Shown one piece after another: positions 12,153 to 25,165 of a stretch of DNA of 64,000 nucleotides. The notes beneath the pieces are model-generated. The model did not search any database and was not told the origin of the DNA. It saw nothing but the letters and a program-made list of their open reading frames with translations. How positions within the stretch are numbered: the first letter of the stretch is position 1; every line of letters begins with the position of its first letter. Source of the DNA: Octopus bimaculoides (taxonomy: Eukaryota); the NCBI RefSeq assembly GCF_001194135.2, contig NC_068989.1:94340650-94404649 (forward strand), given 5' to 3'. Both the position numbers and the translations under genes were made by a program.

Positions 12153-12750
12153 NNNNNNNNNNNNNNNNNNNNNNNNNNNNNNNNNNNNNNNNNNNNNNNN
12201 NNNNNNNNNNNNNNNNNNNNNNNNNNNNNNNNNNNNNNNNNNNNNNNNNNNNNNNNNNNNNNNNNNNNNNNNNNNNNNNNNNNNNNNNNNNNNNNNNNNN
12301 NNNNNNNNNNNNNNNNNNNNNNNNNNNNNNNNNNNNNNNNNNNNNNNNNNNNNNNNNNNNNNNNNNNNNNNNNNNNNNNNNNNNNNNNNNNNNNNNNNNN
12401 NNNNNNNNNNNNNNNNNNNNNNNNNNNNNNNGCACTCTCACATATACTTATATATTGCGTTGCCTACGATATAGTGATCCTCTCCTTCCAGTGATTATAG
12501 AAACTTTTGATTGTTTTTCGGTGCAAACAAAAATGGAACCTGTGATATTAAAATTTATGCGTTTCTTTTAATTGCCACCATAGATCGATAGCTTTATGGT
12601 ATTCTTTTTAGCTGCCGATATAAAAATAGAGATAGGCAGTCAGTAAATGTTGCTGTTTGGTGTAGTTACTATTTTCAGTATTTCTGAAAAATTAAAAACC
12701 AGCTATGCTGTAGTTCATCATTTTATCACTGGCCAGACAATAATAGGAAA

Positions 12751-12956
12751 AGGCAGCGAGCTAGCAGAACCGTTAGCATGCCGGATAAAATGATTAACGA
12801 TATTTTGTTTATGTTCACGTTGTAAATTCAAATTCGGCAGTAGTTGACTGGCTTTCATCCTTTCGGTGTCTATAAAAGTACCAGTTGAACACTCGTTATC
12901 GATGTAATCAACTTACACAACCCCGTCAAATTGCAGGCCTTGTACAAAAATTCGAA
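12751..12956 (+). mobile_element. tRNA-derived SINE (Meta-like domain), diverged
   Basis: ggcagcgagctagcagaaccgttagc head; gttgactggctttcatcctttcggtgtctataaaagtaccag core; aaattgcaggccttgtac tail as in the 10221 copy. Confidence 0.8.
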
Positions 12957-13554
12957 CTTAATGTTTTTCACGATAGAAGTATATTGTTTAATAGTAAATT
13001 AATTAGCAATTATTTTCACATATTAAAGGTTCACACAACATGTCTTCTCCTTGAAATTATGCTTATCCGTATTTCAGAAACGGAATTTTAATGACATCCT
13101 AGTATCATGCTCTTGTAAAACTATTTCAAATAATTTAAAAAATTTGTTTACTAGCCATCCCTCAAACCTTAAATAAGCTCCAGTCTCCAGATAAATGGAT
13201 GAGTGACGGAAATTAATTTTTTTTATATTTATTTCTGAAAGGGAAATTTCTGTCTCATATTTTTAAAATCCAATTCTGAATACGTGGACAAGTTATGCCA
13301 AGACAATAAAACAGCGAAATGTTTTAGTTTGCCGCTGTCTTCATTAAGTATTTTACACGTATGCACCCATGTACGATGTATGCTTTATAGGCAGTTGGAT
13401 TAATGTGTATAAATTGTAGTTATGTTCTCAGCTATCATTCACAGCTCATGCCGGAATTTTAAATGGAGCATTTCTGTAAGTTATTCAATTATCTTCACAA
13501 ATAACCAGGGTTGCTTTGTTAGAAAAAAGGAAATAACAGCATATACACATTCAC

Positions 13555-13660
13555 CTTCTATAGAATAACACGTGCTTTTGCATAAAACATAAGTAACATG
13601 TGCTTGCTATCTGTTGGCAGCAATATGCCCCACACAGAAACGATATAAAGAATATCAAGT
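13555..13660 (-). CDS. candidate internal exon, hydrophobic and Cys-rich
   Basis: Acceptor aatatcAG, donor AAG|gtgaat. 106 nt, phase 1 to 2, open: LIFFISFLCGAYCCQQIASTCYLCFMQKHVLFYR. Confidence 0.15.
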
Positions 13661-14834
13661 CTGATATTAATGATTAGTCTTACGATAAACGACACAATTT
13701 TATATTTAGCGTAATATTTCATCGGTATAGATTTTTCCCCCATTATTTTTAGTAGCAATATTTTTTTTATAAACAGCAATTTCTTAGTGTGAAAAATACA
13801 CGGAGTAAACTTTATAACCAATCATAGTATTTCAGCACTCGCCACTATATTGTCTTCCAGACTCACATAGTTTCACTGCTTTAGTAATAACAAATCTCAT
13901 AAATATAGAGACAGAATAAAAAAAAACACATTAAAATGTATTATGAGGCCTTTAATATTTTCTTCAAATGTATATACTTTCTTTTCACAAGCTTCGTTAT
14001 TTGATTGGCTGCTGTTATTTTTTCTTTTAGTTTTCGACGCCGATAATCCATTTTTATGACACGCTTACTTTCAAAATATGACTGTCTAAACTAACTCACT
14101 TCTTTTATGTTCTTCGCTTGTATATAAACTATCAACTTTAATTTGCAATTTCTAACGCAACTCATTCGCCTGCTAATACATAATTAAAGATTCACAGATT
14201 GGAAATATTTTCTGAATTTTAAATTAATAGCAGGAAATGCCTATAGAACTTCGATTCTCCCTTCAGATACTCCTTATCTAATTTCTCATCCATATCATTT
14301 TTACTTTACTACTCCTTTTGTTTGTGGCGTAATACTAAAATTAAATACTGAAATATAAAAATATTAAATTAACAAGGAAGTATGAAATATTACAGTGACA
14401 TTATCTGAAGAATGGTGGCTCCATGTGTTAATAGCGAGGAATTATTAAAAAAAATAGCATAAGTGAAAAGTAGATTCATTGCCGTGTTTATGTGTTGTTG
14501 TGTTTTCTTTTTTGCCATATTAAAAGTAGCATTTATAAAATGATAACTTGTTTACTGAAAAAAAGATGAAAACATGTTGATATTTTATTGAAAGAAGTGC
14601 CAATATACTTTCGATATAAATGAGCTTAAAAATCGTAAAATTGCTTTAGCATCTTCCTCGCAATGTATGACGTCTAAAAAGCATTAAGCGTAGAAACATT
14701 ACGAAGATAGACAACATTATATAGGGCATTATTCTTCAATATCTATATCCTAATTTAGATATATTTATTTCTATACATAAAAGCGTATCTTATTTCGCAT
14801 AAAATATGTCAATATATAGCTCTCGTACCTGCAT

Positions 14835-14888
14835 AAATATGTATGTATGTATGTATGTCGGTATGTAGGTATGTATGTATATATACGT

Positions 14889-14940
<52 letters not shown>

Positions 14941-15200
14941 GAATACGTACATCCATACATATATATGTATGAGTGTGTGTACATATATATATATACACAT
15001 ACATACATATATATATATTTATATGTACATGCATACGTACATGCATGTATATATATATATACATACACACACACACATATATATATATGTGTGTGCGTGT
15101 GTGTGTGTGTGTGTGTGTACGCATGCTTATTCGTATATGTCCACGGCTAATTTGTATGTGTTCATTTATACAAGTATATATATATACACACACACACCTT
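14835..15200. repeat. compound (TATG)n/(CA)n/(TA)n/(TG)n microsatellite
   Basis: Directly visible alternating purine-pyrimidine repeats. Confidence 0.95.
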
Positions 15201-16534
15201 CAGAATATCTGTAGGGCGTGAAGTATAAAAGAGAGTAACAGGTATCGAGCCCAAACATTTATACAATGAAGTTATAATTTTAAAATAGAATTAGGAGAAA
15301 AAAAGATTGAAGGTGAGTATAAAGTCCTACAATAGTTGACGCAAAGATGTGGGAAAGATGAAAATACAAGCAGTAACTGAACGAGACGATAGAATAAGAT
15401 GCAAATGATATACTTCTCTTTAGTAACTATGAACTAAAAATGTTCTGTTGTTTTGAAAACTTTTTGAGTTTACGGTAATATTAATGATGTTTGATTTGAG
15501 TATAACCCGTTAAATATTCAGTTCCTGACTCTTGAATAGAAGTAGAATATGCATATTTTATTTTCTTCTATTATTTGTAATGTTTACTTGATTGTGTTTG
15601 TCATTTCTCTTTTCTGTATTTCTGTGTAAATAATTACAGGTTTTCTACGTGATATGTTTTAGCGTCGTTCCCACAAATATTCCTTTTTTTGTTATTGCTA
15701 AACTAAATATTAGTTCATAACTATTTTTACCTATTTTTGACCCATAATCCAATTAGTTTCACTTCTAAAGCTACTTATGTAAAATACATTATCTTGATAT
15801 TTCAAAATACAGGTGTCGATTGATTTTATGCATCTTTTACAAATGAAAAGATCCCCAGCATATAATCACTTATATTGATAATTACATAATTATTATATTT
15901 ACGGATATTTACGTTAATTATACAGTTATTAATAGCTACTTATGAGAGAATGTCGAATCATTCATTGTCATTTAAATGAATGCTTCAGGTCTTAACTGAT
16001 TTAGAAGAACTCAGCTGTCAAAAAGAATTGCAATTATCTAACGCTCACACCCACACATGTATTCTATATATTAACAAAAGTGTATATGAGCGCTTTGTAA
16101 GTGCGAAACCGATTGTCCCCCTCTGACCGGGCATAACAAACAACCTTCTACATATTATATATATATATAAACCATATATATATATAAGCCATATATATAT
16201 ATANNNNNNNNNNNNNNNNNNNNNNNNNNNNNNNNNNNNNNNNNNNNNNNNNNNNNNNNNNNNNNNNNNNNNNNNNNNNNNNNNNNNNNNNNNNNNNNNN
16301 NNNNNNNNNNNNNNNNNNNNNNNNNNNNNNNNNNNNNNNNNNNNNNNNNNNNNNNNNNNNNNNNNNNNNNNNNNNNNNNNNNNNNNNNNNNNNNNNNNNN
16401 NNNNATATAAGCCATTTCATTACAGTCAAAGAAGAAAGTAGGAAAAAGCAACAAATAAAACAAAGGACGCTGTTTAATTTATAATGCAGTATTTCAGAGT
16501 TTGTAAACATTTAACTACATATATGAGCGTGTGT

Positions 16535-16680
16535 TTCTTCCGCACAGTTTCCTTCCACAAAATTCTGTCCCAAGGTATTGGTGGGATACGTGGTTTGGCT
16601 CCAGAATATGCCTCCCAGTGGGACTGAACCTGAGACCAAGTGATTACAAAACGAATTTCTTAATCTCACAGCCACGTGGG
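16535..16680 (-). mobile_element. tRNA-derived SINE, CORE-like family, diverged
   Basis: cccagtgggactgaacc...tctcacagccac resembles the copy at 51899-52050; the reverse strand gives a tRNA-like head (gtggctgtg...ggttcagtccc). Confidence 0.6.
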
Positions 16681-18254
16681 AATTTATTTGAAATATATCA
16701 CAACAACATTGTAATTGGTAGAGGCAGTTTGTATTTTGTTCAATTTATTCGTTATGTGTTCAGATGTCTCACAGTGCAGTTCTGCATTTTATTCTTACAG
16801 GGTCGTGTTATTTGAAGATGCCTCTCAAGCAACATCGCTAGTTTTGTGTGTGTCTTACATATACAGTTACTACCGCTGTAATCTGAAGTTCTTTTTTCTT
16901 TGAGGTGTTTTCATTCACTTGTTTACCATATATTTTCATCAAACTCGAAATATATTTTTACCAGAAATTATTAAATAAAGGAAGCAGGAAAATATAAGAA
17001 GCAATTTGTAGAATAATCGTAGATATCAATATTTTTCTTATCACTCTTTATACATTTATCGAAAAGTTTCAAATGTAAAGACGTTTAGAAATATATTTTC
17101 CTAATATAATTATTTCCCTGTAACTATACACATAATGATATAACAACTCAATGTGTGTGTGCATGTGTGTGCGTGCGTGTGTGACTGTGTATGTGCGTGT
17201 GGTGGCCTTGTGCCAATATTATAAATTCTTATTTAAGAAAAATACCAAAACTGCATTGCAATTTACCTTGACAAAATTCCAAATATTCTCAGTCTTATCT
17301 GCATATTTCACAGATGCCTATTTTGGAAATGTTCGCGTTTGCTAATAGTTTGCCTGTCTGTTTTATAGTATATCAAAAATAAATCTATTTTCAGTTAATA
17401 TGTTTAAAATAGGATCAGCTATGTTCCTATGTTAAATAACGAATATAGATATAATTTCTTGTTGAATGATATAAGTAATCTTAGATACTCTTCAGTAGTA
17501 TTATCTGCAGTTCTATTTTAATGAAGCCTAATCAGATTACCTTTACGAGTAAACAAACGCATACGTACCAAATGGCGTGCACATGCGTACTAATGCACGT
17601 AGACGAGGTTAAAAACAACCGTAATACAGCACAAGCTTCCTCTTATAATGATCGGTAATTCTGTCCTCAGCTCTATAGACAAAACTGTTATCATTTGTGC
17701 ATAAGAAATGACATGTTACAGATTTTAAGTGAAAATATCAATTACTCGCTGAGTATCAGGAACTCAATATAGTTTTTGGAATATATAAGAAAGGTAAACT
17801 TAATGGAGAATACATTGTCAACAGTGGAATTATTCATATGTACATTCGACCTTCTGTAAAGGGCCGTAAGATTTCCTAAAATGTTATATCTTGTATTTGT
17901 CGAACGGTTTCGCTTTCACTAATCAAGATATTAAAATTTATCTAAATACATATTTTCTTAAGACAAAGTATGTTTATCAATGTTGTATGTGGAGTTCATG
18001 AATGAACAATTCAGCAGGTAGAACAATCGAAGGGGAGGTAATTGGTTATCATTATCATTGTGGGCAGGGGAGATAATTGTTCATCTTTCGGTAGGGGGGA
18101 TACACACCAAAATTCAAAAAGTAGGGTAGCGGGGTGTAATATGTACAGTGATGGGTATGTAATCTTGAAATAAAATATGTATAGAGATGAAAGTTAGTTA
18201 TGCATGCATATTTAGACGTGTTCTGTATTTTTCGATGAATACATTTTCTTTATT

Positions 18255-18600
18255 TAAGCGTTCTTGCAAAGAGATTGTATCTATGCACTGGTAGAAGGGA
18301 TCTGCTCTTTATGTAGAGTGGTTCTCCGTGTCAATGTCATCTTGTCTGTCTTATATAGTCATGTCCACAACCCGAGCATGTCATTACATAAATTAGGTTC
18401 TCAGAGGCACAAGTGAAGCTGGTTTGAATTGTTTGAAAAGGAAATACGAGCCTTCAAGTAAGTTGGGGCATATTCCAAAGTTTGGGCGTCTAGATTATTA
18501 ACAGTTGGTTTCTTGGTTGTTGTGTAAAGCTCCGCATTTGTTAGAAGTGTCTTTAGCGATTTGTGTTGATTTTTGCAATTGATGAGTTCTTTTCACTTTT
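18255..18600 (-). mobile_element. Penelope-like retroelement GIY-YIG endonuclease remnant
   Basis: Frameshifted translation KSLKTLLTNA...RRPNFGICPNLLEG...SFTCASENLIYVMTCSGCGHDYIRQT...TLTRRTTLHKEQI matches the PLE GIY-YIG pattern FTCxSxNLIYxxxCxxCxxxYIGQT...H. Confidence 0.8.
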
Positions 18601-19237
18601 CTCTTTCTCGCCCCCTCTCTCACATTTCTTGACCTTCCCTTAATTCTTACCTTCCCTCCTCTTTTACCTCACACTATTCCTTTTCTTTTTTCTTCCTTTC
18701 TCGTCCATCCCTAATTCTTCTATCCCTCTGCCCCTACCTCTCTCCTTGGTGTTCGGCCAAGCCTGACCTTTCATTCTTGGTTCGACTGCCATCCGTGTGA
18801 CATGACTTTCATCTCTGATGTCCCTGCTGTAAGGCTTCACTTCCACACACGCCAGCTTAATTTAATTCACTCTTAGTCGAAAGACACATGTTGTCAATAT
18901 CCTGTTGTCTGTATTTGTAATAATGTACAATTTCTCCGGTTTTTTTTTGTTTTGTTTCGTCCTTGTTTTCGTATACATTCGCTAGCATTCTTCCACGGAA
19001 TCTAGTGCTCTTAGCTTAGATTTTCTTGAAGCTGTCCAGATTGGAGCAGTCTTGAGTGTAACCGGCCGAAGCTGCAAAGAACATCTGGAATTCGACTGAG
19101 GATAGAAAATTCCGAATGACCCGTACTTGATTTTTACTGTCTTTTTTTTTGTATCGTACAACTTTCCGAATGTGTTGCTGTCTCTTTTTACGTTCTTGCT
19201 CCAATTTTTGTTTTCTTTTTTTATATATACATATAAG

Positions 19238-19268
<31 letters not shown>

Positions 19269-21591
19269 NNNNNNNNNNNNNNNNNNNNNNNNNNNNNNNN
19301 NNNNNNNNNNNNNNNNNNNNNNNNNNNNNNNNNNNNNNNNNNNNNNNNNNNNNNNNNNNNNNNNNNNNNNNNNNNNNNNNNNNNNNNNNNNNNNNNNNNN
19401 NNNNNNNNNNNNNNNNNNNNNNNNNNNNNNNNNNNNNNNNNNNNNNNNNNNNATATATATATATATAAGCGTTAGTTTTATTGTAACTCTTTGTGCTGGA
19501 GGAAATTATACAGTTTATAAGAGTGTAGTAAATATGTAATTTAAAGAATGGTAAAAATGCTAAAGACGTTTAGAAAATTAAATACATAAATATTCTGTGA
19601 TTGTGCCCCTATTTAAAACAATCACTTCAAATGTAATCAGTCATGATATTTAATGTCTCAGAAACCAATTCATCATTAATCTTTCGAATTCCGTTCCGTA
19701 TTTCTTTATTCCGTTCCCCCATTTCTTGCCTAATTATGTCCCAAATTAAGACATTTAAGTGAAATCTCATCTGTTAAATAATATGAAACTTAAACATTTA
19801 TTTGTTTATAGTCATGAATAGGATTGTATACTCTACGTCATGCTATACACGTTCACCTTTTGTGAAATTTTGTCTTTGTTTCCTGATCCTTTTCAAGATT
19901 ATATTTGAAATATGAAAAATTCTGTCAATGAATGATTAGTTTTGTTAGCCATAATATGTCATTTACAAAATGTTAAAAGAACAACTAGTTCTTTCTGATA
20001 CATTGATTTTATTTGGAAAGAACACAGGGGGTGTGCTGTATAAGTTACTTTTACGAAAGATACGATAAACATTTGATCTTAAAACTGCTCAATCAGCGTT
20101 GAGATAGAGTTAAAATCGCAACGCTTTTTATGTTCCATGGAATTTATAAAAAAATATGTGTATCAATGTCATCTCTATGGTTTTGTCGCTTCAAAATGTA
20201 TTTATTTAAATAACTTATCTACTTTGCAAAATAAATCTCTGGCATTATAATTTATTTCCTCGTCATTTTATCGAAAAACTATTGTATATTGACAAACAAT
20301 AATGGTAGACTTACTATTTGAAACCTGACTTTATTACTTTAGAATTTAGGGTTTCCCTTCATCACTATTCGAAATCGAATTTAGTGGGATAATTTGGTTA
20401 TAGCATGTATCCATCAAAACCTATATGCACGATTCAACTAAAGTATGAATGCGATATGAATATATCAGAAAAAATATGGTAATATATATATATATATATA
20501 NNNNNNNNNNNNNNNNNNNNNNNNNNNNNNNNNNNNNNNNNNNNNNNNNNNNNNNNNNNNNNNNNNNNNNNNNNNNNNNNNNNNNNNNNNNNNNNNNNNN
20601 NNNNNNNNNNNNNNNNNNNNNNNNNNNNNNNNNNNNNNNNNNNNNNNNNNNNNNNNNNNNNNNNNNNNNNNNNNNNNNNNNNNNNNNNNNNNNNNNNNNN
20701 NNNNNNNNNNNNNNNNNNNNNNNNNNNNNNNNNNNNNNNNNNNNNNNNNNNNNNATATATATATATATATATATATATAAAATAGCATTCAGTGAGATAG
20801 GTTGAGGGACGGAAATATAAGGAGAGTAGTGAGGCTAGAATTGCAAGAGGAAAAATAATGGGTAGAGATTGCAGTGGTATCAATGATCAAACTATTCCTA
20901 ATCGATAAAATAGGAATAGGAAAGATGTGCTTTTTATCTCAGCTATGAATTCATTTCTATAGTTATTTATTTGATTAGATGTTTGCTTCAAAAAATTTCT
21001 ATTCATCCTAGAAATACAAAACAAACAAATACTAGTGATTTTCTTCTTTAAGAAATTTTATATGCAAAGAATACACCATGCTTTTTTTTTTCTATCAATA
21101 ACATGGAAACAGAATTCTGATTACAAATTCTCGAAAATCTGTTTAATATCCTCAGCTATGTTATCAATTCCATTTCAAACATTGGGATAAAATATGCAAA
21201 GATTCCAAAGGAAGTTGAGCTATGTTGTATCAATAAAAGCAACGCAAGTAAATATCCATTTTTGATACGTACATATATGGCTTTAGGTGAACCAGATGTA
21301 TTTTTACTAGTTTGAGGTTTATATTTTCTGTCATATTTTCTTCCTACGGTTGACTACAAGTGGTTCATCCCCAATGTGATTGTTAGATATTGCTACCTCA
21401 CTGTTTTGTATATTTTTGTTGACATATTTGTCTTTTCTTTTATTCATAAGAATTATTCTCACATTATATCCATTAACGGAAGTATTTTGCCTTCAGTTAG
21501 ATAAGTGTTTCTTGAAGCTCAATCATCTAAAGTGACATTTCACTACAAGAACGCCGGTGTTACAGTGGTTGATTTAAGGCCGATATATTAT

Positions 21592-21604
21592 AATAATAAT
21601 AATA

Positions 21605-21702
<98 letters not shown>

Positions 21703-21711
21703 TAGTAGTAG
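21592..21711. repeat. compound (AAT)n-(ATT)n-(AGT)n microsatellite
   Basis: Directly visible. Confidence 0.95.
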
Positions 21712-22337
21712 TTTCCTCCTTAGTAGAAGTTTATTCGCCATCTCCTTTCTCGTCATGCGGTGCAAGTGTATCATACTTAATTTTCATGAAAAGAATCAAG
21801 TTTATATTCCACATCATGCTGCATACACATTGTATATATGACGCTAGTCATTGTGAGCTGGTATATTAATAATATATATGAAAATTATTTAAAAGATATA
21901 GTGACGATCAAGTACCCCCCACCTTTTTGCCAACTGATGTATTTTACTTAAATATATTTCACATTTATATACTTGCAGATGTCATTTATTGAAATTCATT
22001 TTAAATTGTTCAAATGAGGGTGGCGACATCAAACACCCTTTTTCAGCAAATTCTACAGATCAGAGGAGGCTCTCAATAATCACAGTATAGCAAATACGGC
22101 GGTGCCCCAGCATGGCCACACCCTTGCGTTGAAACTGATAAAACATAGAATATGAAAAAGAAAAATTGTTCCTGAAAGAAACATATTTGACATTTGACGA
22201 AACATTAATTACTGACGATGCTTCTTTTAGATAAAATATATCCGTTCCGCTTTTTATAAGGATCTACTCTCGGAAAATAGCCACAATAATGTCTTTGCAA
22301 TGTTTGCAATAATATGTTTGTCACTCAGTTCTGTCAG

Positions 22338-22665
22338 CACTCCGGCCCGCCCGGGCTTTGGTATCTGAAGGTCAGAGACGTGTGGTCCTTGTGGGGCTTA
22401 CTGTGCTGAGACCCATGAGCTGAAGCTCTTGGGCTATGAAGAGGTGGTTGCTGAATTTCGGTAGAGGGGTTACATCTGTGAGCTGGTTGTGTTCGAGGAC
22501 GGCTGCAGAGGCTTCCCAGCAGCTTCCCTCAGAAGGTTTCTGAAGGTGATTGGTGTGTCTTCTGTGAGGAAGACCATCAAAGAATGTGGGGAGAAAGCAG
22601 TTAAGGGTAGTGCTTGGATTACCAGGAGGTTTATGAATGCGGATAAGGCCACAAAACTGTCATGA
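22338..22665 (+). mobile_element. RLE-type non-LTR retrotransposon C-terminus (Hero-like)
   Basis: TPARPGFGI*...VVLVGLTV...ETHELKLLGYEEVVAEFR*RGYICELVVFEDGCRGFPAASLRRFLKVIG...KAVKGSAWI resembles the RPDxxxW...ELTVP...ERKxxKYxEL...EVGCRG...ASxWLW pattern. Confidence 0.7.
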
Positions 22666-24192
22666 GTTTGGTTGCAACGCAATACGTCCATCTATTGCGG
22701 GCCCACCGTGTGTAGAGATACTGAGCTTAATGGGCCGAAATCTTGTCGAAGCACGGCGCTCAGCTGATGGTTGCAGCCGGGCGAGAAATGGAGCACTCTG
22801 CCTTTTCTTCTACTATATATATCACTACTAAACTAACATTTTCAAATGTTCTGGCTAAATCGGATTTTTTTATATTTTTACTACAACGGAAATATATTTT
22901 ACTTGTATAAATTTTTAATACTTCTAATGGTATTTAACTAATTCGTTTTGGTTTCAGTAAACACTTAAATGGTTTTATGTGTATATGAAATGTTGCGCAG
23001 ACGAAGAAATCGTGTAGAGGCAATTAAATATATTTTTAATTTAGCTCCATTCATCTATGTTGGGACTTTCAGTTTATTATTCTACCCGCTAAAATCGATA
23101 AAATATATCTGAGATGTAATTTAGTAGATTGAATAGATATTCTGTAAAGCATGCGCTCTTGACGATGTGAATTGCAATGGTCACATATTCATGTCAGTAA
23201 CGTAACAGAAATTATAAAGCAGTTCGTAGGGGATTATTTTAGTTTAGGAAATTAGTCAGATAGGGAATATAAGTGCAGCTATTACTGAAGGAGCGACATT
23301 GAATTTCTTTGTGTCTGGGTCAAAATTATTTAGGATGAATTTGTCAAAAAGATTGTTTAAATAAAAAATAAAAATATGCGTTGGGAAACGATCTCAAAAA
23401 TGTGAAGTTTCTGGACAGAAATTCTTGCAAGATTAGCAGAATGGAAGTTTAAGTATAGAAATAAAAATAGTAATGATTTGAAGCAGTATTTTGAATGGAA
23501 TTTTGCAGCGAGTTTGCTCTGAGCTACAAAAGCATTTATAGAAGCGAGAGAGAGAAAAAAAACGTTCTTAAATTAATGTTTTTCCGTTTCTTTCATGGCT
23601 TTAGCAGTCGTGAAAGAATAACGACTATAACCTTTTCAATGTTACTGAGATTGTGAGAGAGAGTGAAGAATTTATCCTCGGACCAGATACTGGTATAAAA
23701 ACCTGCAATAGAATAGATGATATTAAATCACGCCTGTATCAGACGGTGAAATTTAACTGAGAGACGGAATAGAGAAATATTGTCTACCAGAATAACATTT
23801 ACATGTATGGAACAATGCTTCTATATTTCTTCTTATATCGCATGCGTATAAATATAAATTAGTTCTTTCGACTTATTAGCTATTTTTTTAATCGTTTACG
23901 TTTTAATTTCAAATTACGAATCAGTCAACTGAAGCGATCAAATCATTTTCGTCGAACATAAAATAAACATCACATAGGCGGGCTTATTTTTAAGCTTCTA
24001 TAAGTTATTTTTCATATTTGCCTCAATATTCCCCCTAACGACTGATTCATGTATGAAATTAAGACAATTATATCTTATAATCTTTAGCACTCAGCGTATT
24101 TGGACACATATTTCTTTATTCTTATGCTTTTTCATTATCATTTCCTTATAATTGTCAAGACTATCTAGAAAGTAAGAGCTGAAGGAAGCAGG

Positions 24193-24235
24193 GTTGAACA
24201 TGTGCACCAGTCGTCGGCTGGTGCACATGTTCAGC
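24193..24235. other. isolated GC-rich hairpin
   Basis: Perfect 16-bp arms TGAACATGTGCACCAG (24195-24210) / CTGGTGCACATGTTCA (24218-24233), extendable to 20 bp with G.T pairs. Confidence 0.9.
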
Positions 24236-25110
24236 CAAATACTCTGCAGCAACAAGAAATGAAGTACCTTACTCTAAACTAAGACCGTATGATTTTGAGG
24301 CCAATAAATTACTTACAACGTCACGCAACTTCACTAACAGGAATATAACTAAATATATTATTCGAAGACAGCATTATCTCTCTGCATATAATTCCACGAG
24401 GAAACATTATCATTACCAAGGGGGAAATGTATTGACTATAAAACACAACTCAGTAATATACGCTCATATAAAGCATGTGTGAAAGAAACCTTGTCAACTG
24501 CTAATGGTTAACCGTTGAGTAATTTAAAATCGAATGTAGCTAATGTTACTCTCATGAACAGTTGCGTCTTCTGTAATGAGCATGAATAGCAGGCACATAA
24601 TAATATAATGATGTTGCTGGACATTTTAACCACAAGCTCGCTTCAAATTAAAACGCTTGGTAACTTTGAATAACCAAATTGTAACAATCGAATTTTGGAA
24701 CATTATCTAAACTTAAGATACCTCTTCACGAGGTGATGCTACTGCAGAACGCATCGGTTATGACATTTCCTAAATTATATCCTCCAAAGCTTTGGAACAG
24801 CATGAGATTCACCGCCAGAAATATGGTTCATCATGTCGTGGATATCACCATAATGTAAAGAAAATTGATTTGAGGATTTTTATTTTGTCACTCAAGGATA
24901 CCACTGAAGGTAACTTGTTTGTTATTGGAATTTCAAAGTTTCCAATTTCCTGTGTGAAACAATTTATCTCTGTCCTCCAATGAAATTTAACTGCAGCTAT
25001 TGGAAAATATTGAACTCAGTTTAGTAAATCCTGCATTTTTCAAAATTCTGTAGACCCGCAAAATGACACTTGGTGTATTGAGGAAACTTATTGACTCTTC
25101 TTCCTTGTAG

Positions 25111-25165
25111 AAGTACACGGCAAAACCAAGGAGATTGTTCATCTCAAAAACTTCGGACTGAAAAA
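25111..25165 (+). CDS. candidate short exon
   Basis: Strong acceptor ctcttcttccttgtAG and donor AAA|gtgagt. Phase-1 frame reads VHGKTKEIVHLKNFGLK. Unidentified. Confidence 0.2.

Noticed and set aside
14771-15221. YI/HT/CV-repeat ORFs, and poly-I/poly-L ORFs at 9.9, 11.1-11.7, 21.6 and 42.8 kb
   Set aside because: They are translations of microsatellites, open in several frames on both strands.
17502-17675. Minus-strand segment with good acceptor and donor
   Set aside because: All three frames contain stops; at most a non-coding exon.
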